DNA from: Candidatus Dormiibacterota bacterium
Lineage (GTDB): Bacteria; Chloroflexota; Dormibacteria; Aeolococcales; Aeolococcaceae
Assembly (NCBI GenBank): GCA_963709585.1
Contig: CAVPXI010000006.1
Coordinates: forward strand, 1 to 64,000
Length of the DNA stretch: 64,000 nucleotides
Direction: 5' to 3'
A program made the position numbers and the translations under genes. Below, piece after piece: positions 32,301 to 42,040 of the stretch (positions are counted from its first letter, which is position 1; every line of letters starts with the position of its first letter). Below the pieces are notes generated by a model. The model was not told the origin of the DNA, made no database searches, and saw nothing but the letters and a program-made list of their open reading frames with translations.

Positions 32301-32554
32301 GCCTTCCCAGTGGAGTGCAGAGTTGCGGGCGCGCTCGCTGCGCGCTTGATGATGTGAGACCTCGACGAGGCACGCGCCCGGGCCGTCTCTGGAAGGAAGG
32401 GCTTGGCGTGTGAAGATGAGGCTGAGGGCGCGTTTGAAGGGGCGGGACTCGCAGCAACGCCGGTTGATCCGATCACCGGGAGCGCCGCAACGATGCTCGC
32501 GCAGAAAATCCAGCTAGCCAGCCGACGTCCAACCTTCACGTGCAGCGCCTCCAT
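29348..32554 (-). CDS. Large secreted Ser/Thr-rich surface protein: N-terminal beta-rich domain, IPT/TIG domain, three C-terminal ~130-aa repeats
   Basis: Signal peptide; PPDTDVAVGP, DPRIIYD, RWGDYSG; PAITSL..GGQTVTVDGTDF; 3x P.R(I/V)(L/C)DTR...N(V/L)T...D..G(Y/W)(F/Y). Confidence 0.85.
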   Translation of the reverse strand: MEALHVKVGRRLASWIFCASIVAALPVIGSTGVAASPAPSNAPSASSSHAKPFLPETARARASSRSHIIKRAASAPATLHSTGKAGALGSSGSTAGSAPLIAASDKLSGFGGASQVLGVAFHGNDQLVAPPDTDVAVGPSDIVETVNSSIYVYNRAGTLISGGTADLNSFLSVDGAHFATDPRIIYDARSQRWWLTISEAPNPFSCSNFASPVLIAVSASSNPLPFSSWLVYSLPFATLGTLVGDQPGLGISNNLVTVTWDDYDCSGNFLGSDVDILQKVDFELNIGGLADADFQDTAFAPQPVQSLASTATQYVVTNESDCAPTVCTTPQIEVDAITGNPSSASVVVTPNFLTMAPTLVDGTYFGTPPAQQSGTSTTLNTDDDRFLNAVWGNGMIWTADGTECTTAPDTTPRSCLNYVGVPADTSGNVSAITQINNVGVSMSSLFYPSVSLNSSGNVFTVFDESSSSAFPSIVDATIAAGGSTLSAFQTLHTSSSFYNPPSGVCQTINSSNACRWGDYSGAAQDPTNPKHVWVASEAEDGATSSFCTPATLCWGSDVSLVTLAPPAITSLNAAYGPGVGGQTVTVDGTDFGEHTTATFNGSPITIGNLTPTSFTLVPPPSGSTATTTVQVQATDPAGSSVEDAASLYTYLGLSNYTTVPPFRILDTRTGTCVQCSTNPTFGPGVTEKLQLTGVTGLSVTDPIPTTATAVVLNVTEVAGTASSLLTVYPFGPGTRPVVSNLNFPPGKVISNLVTVTLGTGGAVNIYNALGSVNVLADVEGYFTPQLPSVFQGLFHPITPVRVCDTRKSCESNVAVGPGQSIVVTVATTGGIPSDGTAGAAVVNLTGVAGSASTYLSLFPTNSSGNCHPTGTSTINLLPGAVAANRVMVQLGPTATSGGLDVALCVFNAVGTINVIVDANGWYGSGTATASPVGYQYQALSPIRICDTRFASTSCAPGAIAAGTALQRLLTVSGHAGVPTFGGATTVVAIIANLTGVAPTAATYLALYPANLSSPPGVSDLNLGAGAVVPNLAVVTVDTVASDAHDGDVYLYNGAGSANAILDLEGWFQ

Positions 32555-32634
32555 CCCAGGGTCTCTGTCCCCTTCGACGCGTGAGTGTACGCCGGATGCA
32601 CCGATATGACTGATAAAAACGCCGAACTTCTCAG

Positions 32635-34512
32635 TCAATCGAGACGGAGGCTCAGCGGGGCCGGCCACAGCACGTTCTTGTTGAGATACGGGTCGTCGAT
32701 CTGGCCGACGCCACCCCAACGATCGGCGAACGTCCGTGCATCCTGACCGGTCGCGTCCGCGCCGGCTCGGGCCGCCTCACCCCAGGTCATCTCCGCCAGC
32801 GGGGTGCAGAGGACGCGGTGCCCGAGAGCAGGCAGGCGGAGACAATAGTCGACGTCCCAGAGCGCGCGCGAGAACCGCTCGTCAAGACCACCCGCCTGGT
32901 CGAACACGTCGCGTCTGGTCATCAAGCACGCGCCCGAAACCGCGCTCATCTCCTTGACGACGTGCAGGTGCTGATCGACCGGCCTCGCAAGCCCTAGTCG
33001 ACCGCACACCATGCCCTCGTGGGCAACCGTGCCGTCCGGGTAGCGCAAGCGGAGGCCGACCGCCCCGATACCCGTGCGCTGGCTCAACTCGAGCATGGTC
33101 TCGAGCCACTCGCCGGTGATCACGCGCGTCGACGCGTCGAGCAGCACGACGTGCTCGCCGCTCATCGACCGCACAGCGTTGTTGATCGCCGCCGCTGTGT
33201 TGTCGCCGCCGACCACGGGGATCACCCGGCGGTGCGCATACGTGGAGCGTTGCTCGATGCTCGCGACACAGCCGGCGGCGTCTTCGTCATCTGTCCGCGC
33301 GACCACGATCACGTCCACCGACGGCGTGCCGGCGATCGCGTACCGCGGGATGTAGAGACCGGGACTTGGCCCGAGATCGACCCGCCCCTCGAGACCTCGT
33401 CGCTGCAGCGCATCCGCGACGGCCCGCCGGCCTGCGTCCTGGGCGAGCGGCTTGAAGCCTGCCGACACCGCCGTCGAACCCGGGACCATTCGCCACGCGT
33501 AGAGCACGTCCGGAACATGCCCGATATGCCCTGCCGCCTCAGTGGCGCGAAGCATGAGGTCGTGATCCTGGCTGCCGTCGAAGCCTTCGCGGAAGCCGCC
33601 GACCGCCTTGGCGGTGGTCCGGCGCACGATGGTGAAGTGATTGATGTAGTTCTCGGCGAGCAGGCGGTCCGGTGAGAAATCAGGCTTGAAGGTCGGCGCG
33701 CCGAAGCTCTCGTCGGGAAGCAGCTTGTCCTCGTCGGAATAGACGAGGTCCGCGTCGGGATGCTTGCGCACGTAGGCCGCCATCGAGTACAGCGCATGCG
33801 GCCGCAGCACATCGTCGTTGTCGATGAATGCCACGAATTCGCCGGCTGCCAGATCCATCGCCGAATTCGACGCGGCCGCGATACCACCCTGCTGATCGCG
33901 ATACACGACCCGAACGCGAGGATCCGCTGCCGCGGCGGCGAGCACGGAGCGCACGTGAGGCGCTGTTGACGCGTCATCGGCGATGCAGAGTTCGAGGTGC
34001 GGATAGACCTGATCGAGCACCGATCTGATCGCCGCTTCAAGCCAGCCGCGCTCGGGGTTGTGCACCGGCATGATCAGGCTGATGACCGGCGCGTCAGCGT
34101 CGGCTTCGGAAACGCGGCGCATGGTCGCGAGCTGCGTGGCGTTCGGGGTGTGCAGCGCGAGCCAACGACGGTACTGGCGGCGGCGAGCAGCGGCGGTGTC
34201 GGCCACGCCGATCGCCCTGCGAAGGTCGCGGTCACGGCGGATCAGTCCGGCCAGTGCCGACGGACCGCGGTCGACGAGTGTCAGCGTCCTCGACGCCGCC
34301 TTGTGCAGGGTCTGCTGGCGACGAGACTCCGGGGGCACCACCCGGCGCACCTTGCGGACGACGGACACGGCAATCCGGGCGGATGCGCTGCCGGTGGCAT
34401 CGGCGAGCTCAGCCCGCAACACCTGGAGCTGCGCCTCCAGCTCGGTGATGTGGCGCCGCGCCGCCCGCAACTCCTCGCCGAGCCTGTCGATCTCATCGCG
34501 CGGCGCCGTCAT
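32635..34512 (-). CDS. Two-domain GT2 glycosyltransferase with N-terminal coiled coil
   Basis: ADDAS, FIDNDD, YSDEDK, GSQDHD; second GT2 domain is partly degenerate. Confidence 0.92.
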   Translation of the reverse strand: MTAPRDEIDRLGEELRAARRHITELEAQLQVLRAELADATGSASARIAVSVVRKVRRVVPPESRRQQTLHKAASRTLTLVDRGPSALAGLIRRDRDLRRAIGVADTAAARRRQYRRWLALHTPNATQLATMRRVSEADADAPVISLIMPVHNPERGWLEAAIRSVLDQVYPHLELCIADDASTAPHVRSVLAAAAADPRVRVVYRDQQGGIAAASNSAMDLAAGEFVAFIDNDDVLRPHALYSMAAYVRKHPDADLVYSDEDKLLPDESFGAPTFKPDFSPDRLLAENYINHFTIVRRTTAKAVGGFREGFDGSQDHDLMLRATEAAGHIGHVPDVLYAWRMVPGSTAVSAGFKPLAQDAGRRAVADALQRRGLEGRVDLGPSPGLYIPRYAIAGTPSVDVIVVARTDDEDAAGCVASIEQRSTYAHRRVIPVVGGDNTAAAINNAVRSMSGEHVVLLDASTRVITGEWLETMLELSQRTGIGAVGLRLRYPDGTVAHEGMVCGRLGLARPVDQHLHVVKEMSAVSGACLMTRRDVFDQAGGLDERFSRALWDVDYCLRLPALGHRVLCTPLAEMTWGEAARAGADATGQDARTFADRWGGVGQIDDPYLNKNVLWPAPLSLRLD

Positions 34513-34639
34513 GGAGCGGAACGCGGCGATCTTGGCGCAGCCATCTCGAGATGCATCGACAGCAGATGGTAGGCGGGGTGCGCGCGATGCGCCGCCGCCC
34601 AAGGTGCTCGAACTCGAGCGGGACGGCTACGATCCCATC

Positions 34640-35590
34640 GTGAGCGACGTCCACAGCCGTCCATCCGTCCCAGCTGGAATCCCGCGCCGCGTCCTCTCCA
34701 GGGCGAGGGAGTCAGCCGTTGCCCTCACTCAACCATCCGCCGACGCGATGGCGGGTTGGTACCTGCGCAGGCTGGGACGGCGCCTGCAGACGACCCCGCA
34801 CGAGGTGCCTCGAGACCTGGTCGCCGCCCTGCGGCCGGTGTTGCAGGCGGGCGTGACCCACCATGACGGCGCTGGGGGATCAGCCCTCGAGGCGCTGGTG
34901 ACCGAAAGCTTCGAGAGGCTTTCCCCGCAGGAATCCGACGGGCAACCCAATCCCGCCGTCCGCGATGCAATCGTCGACCAGTTTCACCGGCTGTTCTACA
35001 ACGACCCCGGAACCTGGCTCGAGACACGCTGGTTGGGCGTTCCGGCGTGGAAATGTCCCCTGGACCTCTGGATCTACCAGGAGATCCTGCAGGAATTGCG
35101 TCCGCAGCTGATCGTCGAATGCGGGACGGCGCACGGCGGCAGTGCGTACTTCCTGGCGTCGATCTGCGATCTTCTCGGAAGTGGCGAGATCGTCACCATC
35201 GACGTCGACGCGAAGCCCGGAAGACCGGTGCATCCACGCATCACCTACATCAAGGGCTCGTCGATCGACCCGGACGTGATCGCGCAGGTGCACGCCCGGC
35301 TCCCGGTCGACGGGAATGTCCTCGTGATCCTGGATTCGGACCATCATGCAGCGCACGTCGAGCGCGAGCTGTCGCTGTACGCCGGCATTGTCAGCGTTGG
35401 TTCGTACCTCATCGTCGAGGACACCAACATCAACAACCATCCGGTCGGACCTCACTTCGGTCCCGGGCCCATGGAGGCGGCGTCAGCGTTCCTCAACAGC
35501 AACGATCAATTCGTCGTGGATGAAGGGAAACAGAAGTATCACCTCACCTTCAACCCGCGGGGGTTTCTGCGACGAGTGTCTCCCCCATGA
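34640..35590 (+). CDS. CmcI-family (rhamnosyl-type) O-methyltransferase
   Basis: WLGVPAWKCPLDLWIYQE, ECGTAHGGS, ILDSDH, IVEDT; TACGAT 6 nt before GTG. Confidence 0.9.
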   Translation: MSDVHSRPSVPAGIPRRVLSRARESAVALTQPSADAMAGWYLRRLGRRLQTTPHEVPRDLVAALRPVLQAGVTHHDGAGGSALEALVTESFERLSPQESDGQPNPAVRDAIVDQFHRLFYNDPGTWLETRWLGVPAWKCPLDLWIYQEILQELRPQLIVECGTAHGGSAYFLASICDLLGSGEIVTIDVDAKPGRPVHPRITYIKGSSIDPDVIAQVHARLPVDGNVLVILDSDHHAAHVERELSLYAGIVSVGSYLIVEDTNINNHPVGPHFGPGPMEAASAFLNSNDQFVVDEGKQKYHLTFNPRGFLRRVSPP

Positions 35591-36438
35591 CGGTCGCCGC
35601 CCGCGACAGCACCATCCTCGAGAGTATCCAGCGTCCGCGAAGCGTGTTCCAGCGGAACATCAACCTGGTTCGCGAGCTGTCGATCACCGCGTTCAAACTC
35701 AAATACACGGGATCCGCGCTGGGCTACGTGTGGTCTCTGATCAAGCCGCTGATGCTCTTCGGGATCATGTACCTCGTTTTCAGCATCCTGCTCGGCGCCG
35801 GAAGGAAGGCGTGGGATTTTCCCGTACAGCTCCTGGTGGCGATCGTGGCCTGGACATTCTTCACCGAGGCGACGACGACGGCGATGAACTCGGTTGCGGG
35901 CAACGGCGACCTGATTCGGAAGGCTTACTTCCCGCGCTGGATCCTCGTGGCCGCATCGACGACGAGCGCGATGCTGACCTTCGCAATCAACACAGCGCTG
36001 GTCGTGATCATCACCTTCGCATTGGGTCATCTCGACCTCACGTGGATCAGCCTGCTCGCCCCGCTGTACTACCTCGAGCTCATCGTCCTGGTCCTCGGCC
36101 TCTCGATGCTGCTGTCGGCGCTGTTCGTGTTCTTCAGAGACCTCGGGCACATCTGGGAGATCCTGACTCTCGTTCTTTTCTACGGCTCGGCTGTGGTGTT
36201 TCCCTTCGCGACCATCCAGCAGTACTCGAAAAAGCTCGCTGACATCGCCGGCCTGAACCCAATCGCGCAGATCATCACCGACCTCCGTCACGTGCTGATC
36301 CAGCCCGCGAAGGTGCCTTCCATGGCGTCCATGATCGGGCCACTCGTGATCATCCCCATCGTGCTCAGCGTCGGCGTGTTCATCCTCGGTTTCACCGTCT
36401 TTCACAAGCTCACACCTAGGTTCGCGGAATCGTTGTGA
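35587..36438 (+). CDS. wzm: Polysaccharide ABC exporter permease
   Basis: KYTGSALGYVWSLIKPL, FFRDL, LNPIAQII. Confidence 0.93.
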   Translation: MTVAARDSTILESIQRPRSVFQRNINLVRELSITAFKLKYTGSALGYVWSLIKPLMLFGIMYLVFSILLGAGRKAWDFPVQLLVAIVAWTFFTEATTTAMNSVAGNGDLIRKAYFPRWILVAASTTSAMLTFAINTALVVIITFALGHLDLTWISLLAPLYYLELIVLVLGLSMLLSALFVFFRDLGHIWEILTLVLFYGSAVVFPFATIQQYSKKLADIAGLNPIAQIITDLRHVLIQPAKVPSMASMIGPLVIIPIVLSVGVFILGFTVFHKLTPRFAESL

Positions 36439-37689
36439 AGCCGGTCGTTGAGGTCTCCAACCTCCGCAAGCGATTTCGCCTGCCGCTCGACAGGAGCAGC
36501 ACGCTCAAGTATCGAGTCACTCACTGGCGGAGCTCCTCTCGGTATCGGGACCTGATCGCACTTCGGGACATCTCCTTTGACATCCCTCAGGGTCAGTTCC
36601 TCGGGATCGCGGGCCCCAACGGATGTGGCAAGAGCACCCTGCTCAAAATCCTTTGCCGGATCTACAAAGCGGACTCCGGGTATGCGCGCGTCAACGGCGA
36701 GTTCTCCGCGTTTCTCGAGCTCGGCGTCGGTTTCAACCCCGAGCTCACCGCCCGCGAGAACATCTTCCTGGGTGGCGCGATGCTCGGCCTCACCCGCGGG
36801 CAACTGCGTGACAAGGTCGACGAGGTCTTCGCGTTCGCCGAGCTGGAGGACTTCGCCGAGCAGAAGCTCAAGAACTTCTCGTCAGGCATGCAGGTCCGTC
36901 TCGCGTTCAGCGTCGCCATCCTCGCGCAGACCGACCTGCTGGTCATGGACGAGGTGCTCGCGGTCGGCGACGCGAGCTTCCAGGAGAAGTGCTTCGACAC
37001 CTTCAGCCGGTACAAGCGTGAAGGCAAGACCATCGTGCTGGTGAGCCACGATCTCGGTTCCCTCGAGGAGTACTGCGACCGGGTGATCCTGCTCAATCAC
37101 GGGGAGATGATCGCCGACGGTCCCGCCGCCGAGGTCACGTCCGCGTACCACCGGATGGTCGCCGACCACGCGGTCGCGGCCGAGCGCGATACCGGGGCGG
37201 AGCTCCGACGCGGTGATCCGAGTCGAGTGGGGCTCACGAGCGGTCGAGTTCGCCTCGGTGAGCCTCATCGATGGCAACGGACAGAATGCCCGTCGCTTCG
37301 ATACGGGTGCACCGATGACCCTCGACCTGCAGCTGCTCGTCCACCGAGACGTCGGTGACGTCGTCTGCGGGATGGCGATTCGCCGCGCGGACGGACTGCT
37401 GCTCGCCGGAACCAATACCTTCCTGGACCACGTCACTGTGTCAACTCACTCGGCGGGACAGGTGATCTCGATCCGCTACGTGATCAACTCGCTGCCGCTG
37501 CTGGCGGGTGGGTACATCGTCCAGGTAGCGCTCGAGGATGTCACTGGGCACTCATACGATCACATCGCTCCGGCGGCGAGCTTTCACATCAACAACATGG
37601 GCGGGCACGTCGGCGTGCTCGAGATGCACGGGCGCTGGCAGGTGGAGCAGGACGTGCCTACGAGTGCCGTTCGCCAGACGGCCGGGTAA
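36435..37689 (+). CDS. wzt: Polysaccharide ABC exporter ATPase with Wzt_C carbohydrate-binding domain; apparent frameshift near 37225
   Basis: GPNGCGKST, FSSGMQVRLAF, DEVLAVGD; second frame continues WGSRAVEF...LPLLAGGY. Confidence 0.92.
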
Positions 37690-37701
37690 CCACGCGCTGA
37701 T

Positions 37702-38541
37702 TCAGATCGGCGCGCCGGTGACGAAGAAGAGCAGGTGCGCGGGGACGACCCCCATGACCACGCTGATGATCAGCACGTAGAGCATCGCGGTCGCCGGTTG
37801 GTTGGCGCGGATCCGCGCGAAGTGCCTTGTCAGCAGCGCCACGCCGGTGGTGAACACGATCCCGGACCCGACCACGAGCAGCCAGAAGGGCACGGCGTCG
37901 CCCGACCAGAGCAGCTCGCCCCGGACCGTCGATCCCGCGGTGAGCAGCACCAGCACGATCACCGCAGCCTGGATGGCCACGGCGGCGAAGACGATGTCGA
38001 TCGCCCGGCGCAGCGGACGGAATGACAGATTGGGGGCGACCAGGTACCAATGGCCGAGGAGCATCCCGGCAAGCGCGCTGCCCGAGACCAGCGCCGCCGG
38101 GACGAACGCGACGACGGCGGTGCCGACCCCGCCGAGCGAGGGGCCGAAGGCGGCCGCGGCCTTGGCGATGGCCATCGCGCCGAAGCCGATGGTGATCGCG
38201 CCCACCACCCGGCGCGCGACGTCGGTCATCACCGAGCAGAAGAATGCGTAGGCCAGCAGGACGATCGTGAACGCGATCGACCAGTGAAACAGCGATGCCT
38301 GCGCGCCCGGCGGCAGTGCTGCTCCGAGCAGGGCGGTGCCGGAAGGGAGCAGCGCCTCGATGAGCACGTCGAGGGCCATGACCCCGGCGCAGATGAGCGA
38401 GGTGGTGCCCACGAATCCGCGCCCCACCTTACCGACCACATCCACCGCGTAGGCGGCGACCGTCGTGCCCGCGGCAACCTCCAGCAGCACCACCACCGTG
38501 GCGATCGGAGCAAGCGCCGGCAACGAGGTGGGATCGGGCAC
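37702..38541 (-). CDS. Uncharacterised polytopic membrane protein (~8 TM)
   Basis: Hydrophobic ORF with LLGHWYL and ATAMLY motifs; TAGGAT 6 nt before GTG. Confidence 0.75.
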   Translation of the reverse strand: MPDPTSLPALAPIATVVVLLEVAAGTTVAAYAVDVVGKVGRGFVGTTSLICAGVMALDVLIEALLPSGTALLGAALPPGAQASLFHWSIAFTIVLLAYAFFCSVMTDVARRVVGAITIGFGAMAIAKAAAAFGPSLGGVGTAVVAFVPAALVSGSALAGMLLGHWYLVAPNLSFRPLRRAIDIVFAAVAIQAAVIVLVLLTAGSTVRGELLWSGDAVPFWLLVVGSGIVFTTGVALLTRHFARIRANQPATAMLYVLIISVVMGVVPAHLLFFVTGAPI

Positions 38542-38588
38542 CGAACGATCCTACGGTTGTGGTGGCGCCGGGCCGAGGGGGAAGCCGG

Positions 38589-39534
38589 TCAGGCCGACGG
38601 CTTGCGCCTGCTGAGCCGATCGACCGTCCGGAGTGCCCTCTGCAGGAAGCGCTGCCTCGAGGTCCCCGGGGGGACAGCCTTGGCGACCGCGCCGCTCATC
38701 CGTATCGCCACTCGCACCGACCGGCGCTCGCTCCAGGCCGCCGTGGACTTCGAGCGCGTGTTCGAGCGCGTCCACGCGTGCCTGCAACCCCGCGAGCTCG
38801 CGCATCTGGTCGACGACCAGCGCATTACGCTCTTGGAGCTCGTGGAGCATCCTCGAGTAGGCGCGGTCGTAGTCGGCGACGACCCGATGCATCGGGTCTT
38901 TGGAGCGCCGGTAGCGCGCGGCCCACGGCGCGATGTAGGCGCCGTCGTAGTCGACGTCGCGGATGAAGCCCTGGCGCGCGAAGCGCTCGGTCCAGTACTC
39001 CTGTGGATGGATATTGGTATGGGTGGGATCGCGGTAGTGCATCGGGGTCGAGGTGAGGATCACCTCGTCGGTGAAGGCACAGAGATTGACGATCGCCCGA
39101 TCGGCGTCCGGGGGCGGCATGTGCTCGACGACCTCGAAGCAGGTGATGACGTCGTAGTGCCGGGCAAACGGCTCGGTGATCGATCCGACCCTGAGAAATT
39201 GCCGGATGTCCTCGCGCGCGTGGTTGACCGCAAACTCGCTGAAGTCGACGCCATCAGCCTCGACACCTCGATCGCGCAGGGCTTCGACGAGCAGCCCGAT
39301 GGCGCAGCCGGCGTCGAGCGCTGTCTTCGGATGGAAGTCCTCGATCAGGCGGTCGGCGATCTTGCCGAAGAAGTCGATCCAGAAGTCGTTTCGCTCGTAG
39401 GCGACGCCGTCCACCGCATAGTGGCCGTAGTAGTCGGCGGCGTAGTCGCTCGCCACCGTGCCCGCGTGAACGGCCGCTCCGTCGCTGCCGTCCGGCGTCG
39501 ATTCGTCGTCGGCCGTGTCCGATGCGCTCCTCAC
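38589..39534 (-). CDS. Class I SAM methyltransferase with C-terminal coiled coil; apparent +1 frameshift at 38749-38750
   Basis: LDAGCAIG, CFEVVEH, HTNIHPQEYW; corrected tail ALESTAAWSERRSVRVAIRMSGAVAKAVPPGTSRQR. Confidence 0.85.
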
Positions 39535-39636
39535 CCCGGCGCATGCTAACACCGGCTCGAACGAGTGGATATCCCTCGGGTGACGGTTTCGCACACCCGG
39601 TTCCAATTCGATTTGGCCCTGCTAGGTTGGGCCGCG

Positions 39637-40344
39637 ATGCCTGACCAGCGATCGCTGCTCCGCGGCCGTCTCGCCAACGCGATCGGCGACGTCGTCGACG
39701 TCGCGTCGCAGCTGGCTCCCCAGGCCACACGGGCGACAGCGCCCGCACCGCCGCCCCCGCCGCTCGAATCAGTTGGGCGGGCGTGGACGCTGGCCGCGGC
39801 CATGGAGCCGGTGCCGGCGCTGATCGTCGAAGGCGTCGACGCGCCGCGCTCCTCTTTCGGACCGATCGCACCTCCGCCTCCCCCTGAACACCACCGTTCG
39901 CGTCTCCCGATCGCGGTCGTCGGATCGAGCTTCATCGTCCTGCTCGCGGTGATCGCGGTCCACCTGCTGACCAGCGGCACGGCGGTCCAGGCTCCGACTC
40001 ACTCCCTCGGGCCGATCTCGCTGACCGGCGTCCGTCCGGTTGCCTCGGCACCTGCGGCGAGCGGCGCCATACCGGTCACCCAGGTGTCGTTCCCCGCCAA
40101 GACGTCTGTCGTCGACATCGAGGTGAACTCGGGGGGAGCCGCAGGGCAGGCGCCGGTTCAGGTGGTGGTGACCGTGGGACAGCCGGCGCAGACCATCATC
40201 GAGAACGCCTACGTGCTCAGTCAGTCCGGGAATACCGTCATTCCGCTGACCGCCCCGGGCGGCGTCTTCGCGCCCGGCGATTACGCGGTCACGATCACCT
40301 ACAAGGGCGCGCTGGTCGGCTCAACGGCTTTCGCGGTCCACTGA
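39637..40344 (+). CDS. Single-pass membrane protein with Pro-rich region and C-terminal Ig-like domain
   Basis: TM IAVVGSSFIVLLAVIAV; APGDYAVTITY beta motif. Confidence 0.7.
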   Translation: MPDQRSLLRGRLANAIGDVVDVASQLAPQATRATAPAPPPPPLESVGRAWTLAAAMEPVPALIVEGVDAPRSSFGPIAPPPPPEHHRSRLPIAVVGSSFIVLLAVIAVHLLTSGTAVQAPTHSLGPISLTGVRPVASAPAASGAIPVTQVSFPAKTSVVDIEVNSGGAAGQAPVQVVVTVGQPAQTIIENAYVLSQSGNTVIPLTAPGGVFAPGDYAVTITYKGALVGSTAFAVH

Positions 40345-40359
40345 TGCTCGCGGCGGCGG

Positions 40360-40674
40360 TCAGTGCTCCACCGGAAGGCCGGCGGCCTCCCAGGCGTCGA
40401 GCCCGCCGGTGACGTTGTACGAGTTCGGCCGCCCGAACGCACGCAGGTAGTCGACCGCGCGAGCGCTGCGCCCGCCCATCCGGCAGTGCACGTAGACGTC
40501 GCGATCCGAGGGCACCTCGGTCAGACGGGCGGGCAGATCCCCGAGGGGAATCAACACCGAGCCGGGAATGCGCACGTCGTCGTACTCGGACTTTTCGCGC
40601 ACGTCGATGAGCACGGCGCCATCGGCGAGGGCTTCGCTCGCTGCTTTGGGTGTGACCTCGGCGCTGTCGGACAT
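40360..40674 (-). CDS. Single-domain rhodanese
   Basis: IDVRE..EY, HCRMGGRS, GGLDAW. Confidence 0.93.
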   Translation of the reverse strand: MSDSAEVTPKAASEALADGAVLIDVREKSEYDDVRIPGSVLIPLGDLPARLTEVPSDRDVYVHCRMGGRSARAVDYLRAFGRPNSYNVTGGLDAWEAAGLPVEH

Positions 40675-40745
40675 TCGCGGCAGTATAGAGGTGGCGCTGG
40701 CGACTGCCGGGTCCAAGCGCCGGCGAGCCTGTTAGGCTCGTCACC

Positions 40746-42014
40746 GTGAGCACGGTTGCCGCACCGGCGGTGGTGGACTCTCCCTGGCTGAACGCACAGC
40801 GCCAGTTCGACAACGCCGCCGAGATCCTCAATCTCTCATCGGGGTTGCGCGCTGTTCTGCGTGAGGTTCGACGCGAGCTCGTGGTGCGCTTCCCGGTGAA
40901 GATGGACGACGGCAGCGTCCGCATGTTCGAGGGATACCGGGTCCAGCACAACGTGACTCGCGGGCCTGCCAAGGGCGGCCTCCGTTTCCATCCGGCGACC
41001 GACATCGACGAGGTCAAGGCGCTCGCGATGTGGATGACCTGGAAATGCGCGCTCGCCAACCTTCCCTACGGCGGCGCCAAAGGGGGCGTGGCGGTCGACC
41101 CGAGCACGCTCAGCCACCGCGAACTTGAGCGTCTCACCAGGAGGTTCGCCGCCGAGATCAGCGTGCTTGTCGGACCCGAGTCGGACATCCCCGCGCCGGA
41201 CGTCAACACGACCCCCGAGATCATGGCCTGGATCATGGACACGATATCCATGCAGGCCGGCTATTCGGTCCCCGCGTCGGTGACCGGCAAGCCGCTGGAG
41301 ATCGGCGGCAGCGAGGGCCGTCCCAGCGCGACCGGGCGTGGCGTGAACATCATTGCGATCGAGGCGTGCAAGCTGCTCGGGCTGGAGCCGTCGCAGGCAA
41401 CCGTTGCAGTGCAGGGCTTCGGCAACGTCGGTACGTGGGCGTGCCAGCTCATGCACGAGTTGGGCTTCACGGTCTGCGCAGTTTCCGACGTCACCGGCGG
41501 TATCTACTCGAGGGATGGCATCGACATCCACGCACTCCAAGCCTACCGCCAGAAGAATCGCAGCATCCAGGGGTTCCACGGGACGACGCCCGTGACCAAC
41601 ACGGAACTGCTGGAGCTGGACGTCGACGTCCTCGTTCCGGCCGCGATGGAGAATCAGATCACCGCTCGCAACGCTGGCAGGATCCAGGCACGGCTCATCG
41701 TCGAGGCCGCCAACGGGCCGACGACGCCGGACGCCGACAGCATCCTCGAACGCCGCGGGATCACGGTCGTGCCCGACATCCTCGCCAACTCCGGCGGCGT
41801 CACGGTCTCGTACTTCGAGTGGGTCCAGGACCTGCAATCGCTGTTCTGGGAGGAGGACGAGATCAACGTCCGCCTCAAGAAGATCCTCCAGAAGGCGTTC
41901 GGACAGATGTGCGACCAGGCTGACCGGCATCACGTGTCGCTCCGGCTCGGCGCCTACCTGGTCGCCGTCAAGCGGGTCGCCGACGCGACCGCAGTGCGAG
42001 GCATCTACCCGTAG
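40746..42014 (+). CDS. gdhA: Glutamate dehydrogenase (Glu/Leu/Phe/Val family)
   Basis: GPAKGGLRF, GGAKGG, DIPAPD, QGFGNVG, EAANGP, VSYFEW. Confidence 0.95.
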   Translation: MSTVAAPAVVDSPWLNAQRQFDNAAEILNLSSGLRAVLREVRRELVVRFPVKMDDGSVRMFEGYRVQHNVTRGPAKGGLRFHPATDIDEVKALAMWMTWKCALANLPYGGAKGGVAVDPSTLSHRELERLTRRFAAEISVLVGPESDIPAPDVNTTPEIMAWIMDTISMQAGYSVPASVTGKPLEIGGSEGRPSATGRGVNIIAIEACKLLGLEPSQATVAVQGFGNVGTWACQLMHELGFTVCAVSDVTGGIYSRDGIDIHALQAYRQKNRSIQGFHGTTPVTNTELLELDVDVLVPAAMENQITARNAGRIQARLIVEAANGPTTPDADSILERRGITVVPDILANSGGVTVSYFEWVQDLQSLFWEEDEINVRLKKILQKAFGQMCDQADRHHVSLRLGAYLVAVKRVADATAVRGIYP

Positions 42015-42040
42015 AGGCGTCTCCCGCCCGCGGCTCGGTC

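Noticed and set aside
37200-37240. Programmed ribosomal frameshift producing short and long Wzt
   Set aside because: No slippery heptamer, and many similar single-base shifts in the window point to assembly error
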